This document shows positions 1 to 9,042 of a stretch of DNA of 64,000 bases, piece by piece. The stretch comes from Polyangiaceae bacterium (GTDB taxonomy: Bacteria; Myxococcota_A; Polyangia; Polyangiales; Polyangiaceae). Below the pieces are notes generated by a model that worked only from the letters and a program-made list of their open reading frames with translations, did not search any database and was not told the origin of the DNA. A program made the position numbers and the translations under genes. The stretch is from positions 4,934 through 68,933 of the forward strand of contig JBEKFX010000001.1 of the NCBI GenBank assembly GCA_050013115.1, written 5' to 3'. Each line of letters starts with the position of its first letter. The stretch's first letter is position 1.

Positions 1-2
1 AC

Positions 3-821
3 GCCCTTGCCGCGGGAGAAACCCAAGAGGTCGACCGTGCACTGGACGAGGCCGACGCATTGCTCCGAGCTCATCCAGAATTGCCGCAAGCCGCATGGTT
101 GATGGCGGAGGTCGAGCGCGCGCGATCCGCCCGATGGCGACGTCTCGCGCCCCGGGACGACGAAGCGGCCGGGCGGGCCTGGGCGCGTGCCCTCGCGCTC
201 GGCGGGGCCCGCGCGACAGGGATCAGCGAGGAACCTCTGGCCGTTCGTCCGCAGCTGGCCTCGGTCACCTTCAACGTGGCGCCCGACGAACGGTTGTGGA
301 TCGACGGAACGCTCCTCCCACTGAATACGACAACGTCATTCGAGGGACCACATACACTGGTCATCACGCTGGCCGCCGCCCCGATCTGGGCTGGGTGGAT
401 CGACCTACCGCCGGGCACGTCGGTTGTCGAACCGCCGGGCGGGGCGCCGGAACCGTGCTCGAGCATCGAGCTTCGACGCGTCACGCTGTCCAGCGATTCC
501 GTGCACGCCGACGGAGTCCGCTGTGGTCGCTGGGTGGCGGCTGCGGCGGGCGAGCGGGTCGGGGAACTTCGGCTCGCATTGTGCGAAGGACCGACCTGCG
601 GCGTCCCGTTCACTTTGCAGCGATTCGTGCCTTGGACGCGCCCAACCATGACGTCGGAGCCGGCTGCGCGGCACTGGCCCCAATGGGCCTCCTGGGCCTT
701 GGTCGGAGCGGGGGCGTCCATCGCCGCAGCTGTCGCGACGGGACTGGTCGTATCCGGCGCCTTTCAGGCGGCCCCGTCCGAAACGCGCTTCGTCAGCGGA
801 GGCTTGGTCCGAGGACCCTGA
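3..821 (+). CDS. hypothetical protein, C-terminal part (5' end outside window), C-terminal membrane anchor
   Basis: Frame 3 is open from nt 3 through the listed TTG at 60 to the stop at 821. Strong GC3 bias. Ends in hydrophobic helix WALVGAGASIAAAVATGLVVSGAF. No family recognised. Confidence 0.5.
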   Translation, partial: ALAAGETQEVDRALDEADALLRAHPELPQAAWLMAEVERARSARWRRLAPRDDEAAGRAWARALALGGARATGISEEPLAVRPQLASVTFNVAPDERLWIDGTLLPLNTTTSFEGPHTLVITLAAAPIWAGWIDLPPGTSVVEPPGGAPEPCSSIELRRVTLSSDSVHADGVRCGRWVAAAAGERVGELRLALCEGPTCGVPFTLQRFVPWTRPTMTSEPAARHWPQWASWALVGAGASIAAAVATGLVVSGAFQAAPSETRFVSGGLVRGP

Positions 822-889
822 ATTGCGGATTGAAGCCGAGGTGCTTACGCTCCTCGCAGCAACGCCCGTGGCGCGTTGCGGGAGTGGAC

Positions 890-1786
890 ATGGCCCAAGC
901 ACCTCGACTCGATTTTGAAGCCTTTCTTCTGCGCAAACGATCCGAGCGCACCGGAGGGGGCGTCGAAACGACGGGCCACGAATACACCTACACGTTCGAC
1001 CGGCAGTCGCGCATCGCGTTCGAAAACACGAAGCCAGTCGCGCTCGCCGTAGAGGCAAGCGTTCGGCTGTTCAAGCAGATCGGAAAACATCAGCTGCTCG
1101 GCCATGCTGTCAAAGTCAGCGAGCGCCAGTTCCCGAGGATCCACAGCATCACGAAGACAGCCGCCGACGCGCTGCAGATTCCGATGCCCCATGTCTTCGT
1201 CGTCAACAACCCGACGTTCAATGCGGGCACGCTCGGCACGAACGACGACTCATTTCTCATGGTCCACTCCGCCCTCGTCGATCAATACGCGGACGACGAA
1301 CTCTTGACGGTCATCGGACACGAGTGCGGTCACATCCACAACTCTCACGTCGCATATCTGACCGCTCTCCACTACCTGACGTATATGGCAGGCATCGTGG
1401 TCCCGTGGGTCCTTCAGCCGGCGCTCGTGGCCTTGCGAACTTGGTCGCGCCGCGCGGAGATCACTTGCGACCGCGCGGGCATGCTCGTCGCGAAGAACCA
1501 GTCCGCGGCGGAACGGGCCATCACGAAGCTCGCTGTCGGATCGAAGAAGCTATACGAGGAGTTCGATCTGGATGCCTTTCTCGAGCAGCACGAAGAGGGC
1601 AGCCAAGGGATCGGAAAGTACATGGAAGTTTTCGCGACCCACCCCTGGCTCCCGAAGCGGGTGCTCGCCATGCGCGCGTTCGGCCAGAGCCAGCTCTATC
1701 AGAAGGCCGTGGGCGGGCCGACGGGCGGACTGACGATGAGCGAAGTCGACAGCCGCGTCGCGGCGCTACTCAAGGGAGAGGCGTGA
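890..1786 (+). CDS. M48-family zinc metallopeptidase (HtpX/Ste24-like fold, no obvious TM helix)
   Basis: ATG at 890 lies inside listed ORF 95..1786, whose upstream part is Arg/Gly-rich junk. HECGHIHNSH zinc motif plus downstream RRAEITCDRAG third-ligand motif typical of peptidase M48. Confidence 0.8.
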   Translation: MAQAPRLDFEAFLLRKRSERTGGGVETTGHEYTYTFDRQSRIAFENTKPVALAVEASVRLFKQIGKHQLLGHAVKVSERQFPRIHSITKTAADALQIPMPHVFVVNNPTFNAGTLGTNDDSFLMVHSALVDQYADDELLTVIGHECGHIHNSHVAYLTALHYLTYMAGIVVPWVLQPALVALRTWSRRAEITCDRAGMLVAKNQSAAERAITKLAVGSKKLYEEFDLDAFLEQHEEGSQGIGKYMEVFATHPWLPKRVLAMRAFGQSQLYQKAVGGPTGGLTMSEVDSRVAALLKGEA

Positions 1787-3612
1787 TGTCGGAGAACGGC
1801 CAGCCCGCGCCGGCGCGACCCGCGCTCGATGCTTTTTTCGACAGGAGAGACGAAGTCGTGAGCGCGCTGCGAGGTCTGGGGGACATCGCCGGTGCGCTCG
1901 GGACCAAAACGCTCCGCGACCGGGTCGACCGTGAGCTCGTTCGCAAGCTGGAAGAAGATCGCTTTCACCTGGTCGTCGTCGGCGAGTTCAACCATGGGAA
2001 GACCACCTTCGTGAATGCGCTCCTCGGCGAGCGGGCGCTTCCCGTCGGTGTGACCCCGACGACCGCAGCGATTCACCACATCCATTGGGCCGTGAGACCG
2101 GAGGCTTTCGTGGTCGATTCGAAGGGGCAGGTACGCCCCATTCCCTTCGAGGAAGCCAAGCGGTTCGCCGTAGGCGGAGGCGCGACGGCGGCGGAAGACG
2201 TCGACCACCTCGAAATCGGCTACCCAGCACCCTTGCTCGAAGAGCGAATCTTGCTCGTCGACACCCCGGGCGTAAACGATCTTTCGCTCCAGCGTGCCGA
2301 CATCACGTACAGCTACATTCCGCGGGCGGACGCCGTTCTCTTTTTGCTCGATGCCGGTCAGATTCTGACCGAAAGCGAGCGCGTCTTCCTCAACGAAAAG
2401 CTCCTCAAGGCCTCGCGCGACAAAATCGTCTTCGTGATCACAAAGTGGGACTTGCTCTCGCCCGAAGAGCGGCGGGAGGCGCTCGCCTACGCCCGGAATC
2501 ACCTGTCGACCCTGGTGCGCGCTCCCGTGGTGTTCGCCGTGAGCGCCGAGACCGCTCTGGCGGGGCAGGTGGAACACAGTGGTCTACCCGAGCTCGTCGC
2601 CCACTTGACTCGCTTCCTGGCGGAGGAGCGCGGCCGCATTCTGCTCGACAACGCACTCGGCGAAGGGCTGGCGGCCGGGGCCTTGCTGGCCAAGGGCGTC
2701 GACGCTCGCAAACGCGGCATTCAGATGAACAATGAAGAAATCGATCGCCGGATCGCAGCGCTCGAGAAGGATCTGGCGGGACAGACCGTCACGATCGAAC
2801 AGCGCAGGGCCCAAATTCGAGAGGACGTCGCCGCAATCAAGACGGGCGTGCGCAAAGATCTCGAACGCTTCGCCGACGACGTCTGTCGACAGCTGCCTCA
2901 TGTGATCGACTCGGCCAAGGCGCAGGACCTCAAGCAATTTCTTCCCGCTTTTCTCGAGGACGCGTTCAAGCAATGGGCGGAGGAGGAAACGCGCGACATC
3001 GCGGTCGAGCTCGAGCAAGTCGCAGAGAAGACAATCGCTCTCGTCCGAGAAGATGCTCGCGACAGCGCCAAACGCGTCGCCGCAGTGCTCGGCACGGATG
3101 CGCGGCGTCTCGACGTGCAGGTCGATACGATCAAGTACGACGTGGGCGTCGTCGCGCTCATGTTCGGAGGCATGGCGCTCATGGCCGTGAATCTCATGGC
3201 CGGCGGGGTCCTCGCCATTGCGGGGCCCGCCATTTTCGCCATGTTCGCTCGGGGTAAGATTCAGGAGGAGTTCAAACGGCGAGCGAAAGAGCTGGCCCCC
3301 GAAGTCGTTCGCGAGACGGCGAAGAAGGTGGGACCCAAACTCGAGGGGCTCATCGAAGGCTTCGCGCAAAACCTCGACGCATGGGTCGTCAGCGCCGGCG
3401 AGGAGCTGCATCGCGAGGTGCTCGAGGTCCTTCAAGCGACCAAGCAGGGACGAGACAGCGGCCACGACGAGGCCAAAGCCAACGCGGCGGTCGACGGACA
3501 AGCCGCCGCGCTGCGTGCGGTCGTCGAGCGCATCGAAAAGTTGCGGGCCGAGCTCTGGATGCCTGCAGAGCGACTGAGGGTCGAATCCACCCAGGTCGAA
3601 GCCGTTCCCTGA
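1786..3612 (+). CDS. bacterial dynamin-like GTPase (BDLP family)
   Basis: ATG at 1786 overlaps the M48 stop (TGATG). G1 GEFNHGKTTFVNALLG, G3 DTPGVND, G4 TKWD. Long helical stalk and hydrophobic paddle VVALMFGGMALMAVNLMAGGVLAIAGPAIFAMFA. Confidence 0.85.
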   Translation: MSENGQPAPARPALDAFFDRRDEVVSALRGLGDIAGALGTKTLRDRVDRELVRKLEEDRFHLVVVGEFNHGKTTFVNALLGERALPVGVTPTTAAIHHIHWAVRPEAFVVDSKGQVRPIPFEEAKRFAVGGGATAAEDVDHLEIGYPAPLLEERILLVDTPGVNDLSLQRADITYSYIPRADAVLFLLDAGQILTESERVFLNEKLLKASRDKIVFVITKWDLLSPEERREALAYARNHLSTLVRAPVVFAVSAETALAGQVEHSGLPELVAHLTRFLAEERGRILLDNALGEGLAAGALLAKGVDARKRGIQMNNEEIDRRIAALEKDLAGQTVTIEQRRAQIREDVAAIKTGVRKDLERFADDVCRQLPHVIDSAKAQDLKQFLPAFLEDAFKQWAEEETRDIAVELEQVAEKTIALVREDARDSAKRVAAVLGTDARRLDVQVDTIKYDVGVVALMFGGMALMAVNLMAGGVLAIAGPAIFAMFARGKIQEEFKRRAKELAPEVVRETAKKVGPKLEGLIEGFAQNLDAWVVSAGEELHREVLEVLQATKQGRDSGHDEAKANAAVDGQAAALRAVVERIEKLRAELWMPAERLRVESTQVEAVP

Positions 3613-3741
3613 GCGCGAGCTCCAGTCGCACCCGGGGCCCGCCGACCGCGTCCCCGTCATGCGGCGAGGGTCGACGGCGAAGAGCGCGCGTCCAGGGCCC
3701 ACCCCGCTGCCGCGGGCGGGGCAGCGCCCGAAGCGGGGCTG

Positions 3742-4707
3742 TCAGAGCCCGAGCGCCTCGGCGAGTCCTTCGGGCCCCAGGGCTTGGAGCTTGTGGAAGC
3801 GCTTCAGGAAGCGTCGCCAGTCCTTTGTCACGCCCGAAACGGTGACGCTGCGCAAGGCGTAGTCGGTGATTCGGGTGATCGTGAATCGAAGAGCGGCAAA
3901 CACCGCCTCGCCCCAGAGCCCTTCCCGTTCGGAGTCCGTGAGCGGCCGAACCGACTCGTAGGCCTTGCGCATCGCGGCGCCAAGACGACCGTCGAGGTCG
4001 TCGCCCACGCACCAGGCGAGGACCGTGACCATCAAGTCGTAGGCGTATGCCGCGCCGCAAGCGCTCTCGAAATCCAACAAGGCCACGAGACGTCCGTCGG
4101 GGGCCCAGAGGACGTTGTCGCGAAACAAGTCGCCGTGGGTCAGACCCGCTGGCAGACGATGCGTTCGCACAGCCTCCGCTTGTTCGAGCGGCCGACGCAA
4201 TTCGTGCGCTATGGCGGAAAATTCAGGCCGATTGCTCGCCTGGATCGCTTCGAGACGGCGCAGAAGGTCCGACGCGCGGAATCGACCTGGTTCGCAGGCC
4301 TCGCCCGCTCCGGCGATGTGTACCCGCGCCAGCGCCTGCCCGACGCGCTCCACGTCAGCGAGGCTGACGGAGGCCTGACACCGCATGAATCCATGACGCC
4401 ACGGAAAAAGGGCAGCGGCCTTGCCTCGCACGTGTGAAACGAGGGCGCCGTCCAAGCGGCGCAGCGGCGCCGGCGTAGGTACGCCCGCCGCTGCGAGCCG
4501 CTCGAGCATCGCCGCCTCCCGCCCGGCTCCCGTCGCGGTTTGCTCTTCGTAAAGCCTCAAAAAAAACTTCCCGCCCTCGAGCTCGAGGGCGAAATTGGAG
4601 TTGACGCTTCCGGCCGCGATCCCGCTGAACGCCCGAAGCTTGCCCAAGCCATACGAGCGCGCCAGAGTACCGACATCGTCGGCCCCGATGGGTGTGAGTA
4701 CCGCCAT
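3742..4707 (-). CDS. thrB: homoserine kinase type II (aminoglycoside-phosphotransferase fold)
   Basis: N-terminus MAVLTPIG..GIAAGSVNSNFALELEGGKFFLRLYEE and catalytic region LTHGDLFRDNVLW..LLDFESAC match the type II ThrB/APH pattern. Confidence 0.75.
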   Translation of the reverse strand: MAVLTPIGADDVGTLARSYGLGKLRAFSGIAAGSVNSNFALELEGGKFFLRLYEEQTATGAGREAAMLERLAAAGVPTPAPLRRLDGALVSHVRGKAAALFPWRHGFMRCQASVSLADVERVGQALARVHIAGAGEACEPGRFRASDLLRRLEAIQASNRPEFSAIAHELRRPLEQAEAVRTHRLPAGLTHGDLFRDNVLWAPDGRLVALLDFESACGAAYAYDLMVTVLAWCVGDDLDGRLGAAMRKAYESVRPLTDSEREGLWGEAVFAALRFTITRITDYALRSVTVSGVTKDWRRFLKRFHKLQALGPEGLAEALGL

Positions 4708-4886
4708 GCCCCTCCGATGCTACCTAAATTCGTTTGCATTCAAGGGTGGACGTGCGCGGCTCGACTCTGGTAAACGGCCCAAGACCCTGTCGCCCGCCTC
4801 ACCCCCACAGTACGAGCGAGCGAGCCGGGGGAAGGCGGGCGCCGAAGCCGAATTTTTCGAGGGCTTTCCCCCGAACCGAGAGCGAT

Positions 4887-5519
4887 ATGGCGAAGACGAA
4901 GAAGGCTGCTGTAACCAAGGCGGCATCGATCCGGCCGCCCGGGCCTGCGAAGCCTACACCGACCAAAGGCGGCGCGGGAAAAGAGGAATCCGGCGCTTCA
5001 AAGCGTAAGTTGGGGCTCCGCGGCGCAGCCCCTTGGGCCGCTCGTCATGCGGCCAAGCACGCGGCTGAGGCGCGCGCGCGCGCGGCTGAGCCGCCGCTCC
5101 CGGGCAGCGCGCGGGCGACGATTCGCACCCCGGCTGACGCCGAAGACATCAAGGAGCGGGTGCGCGATCTCCACGCCGCCCTGGCCCAGATCAAGACCCT
5201 CCGCAAGAACTTGCCCAAAAACTTCTTCGACGTTGGGCTCGTTCTCAAGGACATCGAGGCGAGGCGCCTCTACGAAGCCAAGCGCTTTCCATCGTTCGAA
5301 GCCTTCGTCGAGCGGGAGATTGACCTCGGCAAGACGACTGCCCTTCGTCTGCTTCGGGTCGTCGGCCTCTTTCAGAAGGAGGGAGCGCTGGAGATTGGAA
5401 TGGACCGGCTCTTCACGGCGATCGCTTCGATCGACTCGATTCAGGAGGCGGACCTCGGCCGCGTGCCGCCACCGCCCGTGTCGGCCACAGCTCTGCCTTT
5501 GCGACCGCCAGGACGGTAG
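4887..5519 (+). CDS. hypothetical protein with Lys/Ala/Pro-rich histone-H1-like N-terminal tail and helical C-terminal domain
   Basis: ATG at 4887 within ORF 4734..5519. MAKTKKAAVTKAASIRPPGPAKPTPTKGGAGK tail, then FEAFVEREIDLGKTTALRLLRVV (HTH-like). GC3-biased. No family recognised with confidence. Confidence 0.5.
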   Translation: MAKTKKAAVTKAASIRPPGPAKPTPTKGGAGKEESGASKRKLGLRGAAPWAARHAAKHAAEARARAAEPPLPGSARATIRTPADAEDIKERVRDLHAALAQIKTLRKNLPKNFFDVGLVLKDIEARRLYEAKRFPSFEAFVEREIDLGKTTALRLLRVVGLFQKEGALEIGMDRLFTAIASIDSIQEADLGRVPPPPVSATALPLRPPGR

Positions 5520-5534
5520 TCGCATACCGCTCCG

Positions 5535-5558
5535 CTCCGGACGCGACCGCGTGCGGAG
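5535..5558. terminator. candidate bidirectional hairpin between convergent genes
   Basis: ctccggacgc-gacc-gcgtgcggag: 10-bp stem with one G.G mismatch and a 4-nt loop, in the 46-nt gap between stops at 5519 (+) and 5566 (-). No U-tract. Confidence 0.3.
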
Positions 5559-5565
5559 ATGTCGC

Positions 5566-7140
5566 TCAGCGCCCGCGCGGCAAAAGCACCGTGGCCCTCG
5601 TCCCGAGCCCGTACTCGCTCTCGATCCGAACTTCGCCCCGATGTTGATCGACGATCTTGCGCACGATGGACAGGCCGAGGCCCGTCCCGGCTTCTTTGGT
5701 CGTGAAGAACGGATCGAAGACCTGTGCCAAGGCGGCCGGCTCGATGCCCGTGCCCGTATCTTCGACATCCAGCCGCACCTGCTCACCTTCGCAACAGGCT
5801 CTCACGCGGAGCACGCCACCCTCCTTCATCGCATCGAGGGAATTCATCACCAGATTGATGACGACTTGCTTCAGCTTCTCGGGCTCGCCCAAAAGCACGC
5901 AGTCGCTCGCGAGGTCCCGCTCGATCACCACGGTCGTTGCCGCTGCCGAGCCCTGCTCAAGGTCCAGCACCTCGTCGACCAATCGGCCGAGATGGACGAG
6001 CTCGCGAACCCCCGCACGAGGTCTCGCAAGGTCGAGAAACTCGGTAAGAAGTCGGCTCAAGCGTCCGATTTCGTCGCCCACGATTTGAGCTTTGCGTTTG
6101 AGGGCCGCCCGCGATTCTTCATCCACGGGGAGCTTGTCGACGTGGCGCCCTAGCAAGTGCAACTGCAAAACGGCTGCATTCAACGGATTGCGAATTTCGT
6201 GCGCCAGGTTGAGGGCCAAGCGCGCCATGGCCGACAGCGCTTCGGCATCGACGGCGCGCTTTTCGAGCGCCCGCCGCTCGGTCACGTCGATCCCGAAGCC
6301 GTAAACGAGCGCCGGCTCGTCAGCTCCCCCACGCGCCGTCGATAGGTGCCAGCGGACCCGGCGCCGGGCCGGCACCTCCGGCCGCTCTCGTGAGCGAACT
6401 TCGATCGGCGGATGGACGGCTAGGCCGCCTCGGTCAACGAAGCCGGTTTCCACCTCTTGCGCTCGACCCGCCCGCGCCAGAACGACCGCCTCACGCATCC
6501 GCCCGCGATCCTCGTCGGGAATCCAGCTCTCGATGAAGGGGCGTCCTTTTGCCGTGCCCGGTTCGACCCCGACCAGAAGCGACGCCTTTCGATTAAAAAG
6601 GGTCACGCGGTCACCGGCGTCGAGCCCCACGACCAGCACGTCGGTGAGCTCGACAAGCGCCCGGTATCGCCGCTCCAGCTCGTCTCGCTCTCGCGCGAGC
6701 CGCACTTTGGCGACGGCCTGCTCCACGGTCGAAACGAGCTCCTCGGGACGAAACGACTTCGGGATGAACGCGTAGGCTCCCGACCGCAGCGCCCCCATCG
6801 CTGTGTCCATCGTCGCAAAGCCCGTAATCAAGATCACTTCGCCGAACGGACTGGCGCCGCGCAATTTCGGGATTAAGTCGACGCCGCTCGTGTCGGGTAG
6901 TTTCACGTCCACGATGGCGACGTCGAACCCGCGCATTCGGGCGATGGCGAGGCTCTCATCGCCGCGCGAGGCGGTCACGACCTCGATCGAGTTCGACGCG
7001 GCCCGGCCGTCGGCGAGCTCCGCGGTCATCAGCACCGCGTGGAGCGAGCCGACGAGCTCGACGTTGTCATCCACGATGAGAACACGCGAGCGGGCCGCAG
7101 CCCGGTGGCCGGGCAACCCTGCCTGCCGGGCCAAGGCCAT
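5566..7140 (-). CDS. hybrid sensor histidine kinase (N-terminal receiver + PAS-like + HisKA + HATPase_c)
   Basis: Receiver VLIVDDNVEL..DVKLPDTSGVDLIPKLR. H-box LAHEIRNPLNA. G-boxes DTGTGI and GTGLGLSIVRKIVDQHRG. ATG is 3 nt after the gatB stop. Confidence 0.85.
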   Translation of the reverse strand: MALARQAGLPGHRAAARSRVLIVDDNVELVGSLHAVLMTAELADGRAASNSIEVVTASRGDESLAIARMRGFDVAIVDVKLPDTSGVDLIPKLRGASPFGEVILITGFATMDTAMGALRSGAYAFIPKSFRPEELVSTVEQAVAKVRLARERDELERRYRALVELTDVLVVGLDAGDRVTLFNRKASLLVGVEPGTAKGRPFIESWIPDEDRGRMREAVVLARAGRAQEVETGFVDRGGLAVHPPIEVRSRERPEVPARRRVRWHLSTARGGADEPALVYGFGIDVTERRALEKRAVDAEALSAMARLALNLAHEIRNPLNAAVLQLHLLGRHVDKLPVDEESRAALKRKAQIVGDEIGRLSRLLTEFLDLARPRAGVRELVHLGRLVDEVLDLEQGSAAATTVVIERDLASDCVLLGEPEKLKQVVINLVMNSLDAMKEGGVLRVRACCEGEQVRLDVEDTGTGIEPAALAQVFDPFFTTKEAGTGLGLSIVRKIVDQHRGEVRIESEYGLGTRATVLLPRGR

Positions 7141-7143
7141 GTT

Positions 7144-8568
7144 TCAGCCCAAACCGAGCAGCCTGCTCAGAATTTCGTTCACGATCTTCGGATTGGCCGA
7201 GCCCTTCGTTTCCTTCATCACGAGGCCGACGAAGAACCCCAACAGGCTCGACTTTCCGGCGCGAAGCTGATCGGCTTGCTTCGGATTTTGATCGATCAAC
7301 CGCCGGCAGATCCGCTCGATCGCGTCCGCGTCGCTGACCTGACGCATTCCGAGCTCCGCCACGACGTCGGCCGGCAGTCGAGCCGTTCCGGCGATCTTCG
7401 CGTAAACATCCTTGGCCTGCTTGCCGCTGATCTCACCGCGCTCCACGAGCTCGAGAAGACCGGCCAACTGATGGGCGGTTACGGGGATGGTGGCACTCAG
7501 CCCATGCGTTCGGACGTCACCCAAAATTTCGCTCTGCACGAAATTTGCGACTCTCGTCGCATTGCCGTGGAGCGTCGCGGCCTCTTCGAAGAACGCGGCA
7601 ACGCGTGGATGGCCGGTGAGCACATTCGCGGAATAGGGGCTGAGCCCCATTTCGGCGATGAAGCGCAATCGCTTGGCCCGGGGCAGCTCGGCCAACGTAT
7701 TCCGCGCCTCGCCGACGAAAACCTCGTCCAAGACGAGCGGCGGCAGATCCGGATCGGGAAAGTACCGATAATCCTGGGCTTCCTCCTTGCTTCGCATGCC
7801 GAAGGTCGAGGCGCTGTCTTCATTCCAACCGCGCGTCTCCTGGACGATGCGGGCGCCCGATTGGAGGAGCAGCGTCTGGCGCTCGATTTCGAACTCAATC
7901 GCTCGCTCTACGAATCGAAACGAGTTGATGTTCTTCAGCTCGACCCGGGTCCCCAGTTGGGTCTGACCCACCGGGCGGATGCTCACGTTCGCATCGCAGC
8001 GAAAGCTGCCCTCCTCAAGATTGCCGTCGTTCACCCCGATGAAGACGAGCACGTCGCGCAGCGTGCGGAGATACTCGGCGGCGTCGGATGCACTCCGCAA
8101 GTCGGGGTCGCCCACGATTTCCACGAGCGGCACACCCGAGCGATTGAGGTCCACGACGGACAGATGCCCCGCATGCACACTCTTGCCGGCGTCTTCTTCC
8201 ATGTGCACGCGCGTGATGCCAATCCGCTTCGTCTCACCGCGTATTTCGACGTCGAGGTGCCCGCGCTCGCTGAACGGCTCGTCGTATTGGCTGATCTGAT
8301 AGCCCTTCGGAAGGTCGGGGTAGAAATAGTTCTTCCGCGCAAATCGGCTGACGGGGCGAAGGGTGCACGAGAGCGCGAGCGCCGCGCGGACGGCCAAGCG
8401 GACGGCCTCTCCGTTCAGAACGGGCAACGCCCCAGGCAGCCCCAGACACACCGGACAGACCTGCGTATTGGGGGCGGCGCCGTAGGCGGTCGAACAGGCG
8501 CAAAACGCCTTCGTACGCGTCAGTAACTGGGCGTGGACCTCAAGCCCGATGACCGGCTCGTAACGCAT
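7144..8568 (-). CDS. gatB: Asp-tRNA(Asn)/Glu-tRNA(Gln) amidotransferase subunit B
   Basis: MRYEPVIGLEVHAQLLTRTKAFCACS..PVCLGLPGALPVLN is the canonical GatB N-terminus. ATG at 8568 is preceded by aaaggggaggg SD. The listed ORF start at 8598 adds 10 non-conserved residues. Confidence 0.95.
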   Translation of the reverse strand: MRYEPVIGLEVHAQLLTRTKAFCACSTAYGAAPNTQVCPVCLGLPGALPVLNGEAVRLAVRAALALSCTLRPVSRFARKNYFYPDLPKGYQISQYDEPFSERGHLDVEIRGETKRIGITRVHMEEDAGKSVHAGHLSVVDLNRSGVPLVEIVGDPDLRSASDAAEYLRTLRDVLVFIGVNDGNLEEGSFRCDANVSIRPVGQTQLGTRVELKNINSFRFVERAIEFEIERQTLLLQSGARIVQETRGWNEDSASTFGMRSKEEAQDYRYFPDPDLPPLVLDEVFVGEARNTLAELPRAKRLRFIAEMGLSPYSANVLTGHPRVAAFFEEAATLHGNATRVANFVQSEILGDVRTHGLSATIPVTAHQLAGLLELVERGEISGKQAKDVYAKIAGTARLPADVVAELGMRQVSDADAIERICRRLIDQNPKQADQLRAGKSSLLGFFVGLVMKETKGSANPKIVNEILSRLLGLG

Positions 8569-8594
8569 CCCTCCCCTTTCGCTTAGCATGGAAG

Positions 8595-8888
8595 TCACCT
8601 TCCGAACTGGAAGACGACCTCGCTCTTTCGCACCATGCCGAGTTCGTCGCGAGCGATTCGCTCGACGGCCAAGGGGTCCTCTCGAAGGGCCTTCACCTCG
8701 AGTCGCAACCGAGCGACGTCCGACCGCAAGGCCGCGTTCTCGGTCCGGACCCCCTCGAGCTCTTTCTCCAGTGCCTCGAGACGCGGCAAGCCATCCGGCT
8801 CGAAGACCAGCACGGGGACGGCAATGACTGCGATGGACATCATTGCGATCGGCAGGGTCCGCTGAACGAGTTCAGGCGCGGAGGGCAC
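8595..8888 (-). CDS. ftsB: septum formation initiator, FtsB/DivIC family
   Basis: 97 aa: short N-terminus, one TM helix (IAMMSIAVIAVPVLVF), a coiled coil, then the conserved C-terminal ERIARDELGMVRKSEVVF motif. Confidence 0.75.
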   Translation of the reverse strand: MPSAPELVQRTLPIAMMSIAVIAVPVLVFEPDGLPRLEALEKELEGVRTENAALRSDVARLRLEVKALREDPLAVERIARDELGMVRKSEVVFQFGR

Positions 8889-9042
8889 GGGCTGACAGTC
8901 TCACGGCCGCCCCGTTCCGGCCCAATTGTCCGTGTCTTGGCCGGATGGTCGGTACGGTCATCGTCTGACGACGCATCGGGCCTTCCCATCGGGCCTTTCT
9001 CATTCGGCAGGATGGACTCGCACGATCTGATAGCCTGATCAG

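Noticed and set aside
95-889. N-terminal 265 residues of listed ORF 95..1786, and similar long N-terminal extensions (1324-1785, 11183-11545, 13039-13323, 17270-17485, 18659-18958, 24325-24540, 47811-48041)
   Set aside because: The extensions overlap the preceding gene in another frame, are Arg/Gly/Pro-rich, and precede a conserved family N-terminus with a plausible start codon. I trimmed them to internal starts.
3700-3741. GC-rich hairpins (ccccgc..gcgggg, cagcgccc..ggggctg) between the dynamin gene and thrB as a bidirectional terminator
   Set aside because: The stems are short and imperfect, there are no U-tracts, and such pairings are expected by chance at this GC content. Not reported as a feature.
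7039-8526. 495-aa plus-strand ORF
   Set aside because: It lies entirely antisense to gatB, which has unmistakable conserved motifs. Its composition is Arg/Gly/Ala/Pro-rich with no recognisable domain, a typical high-GC shadow ORF.
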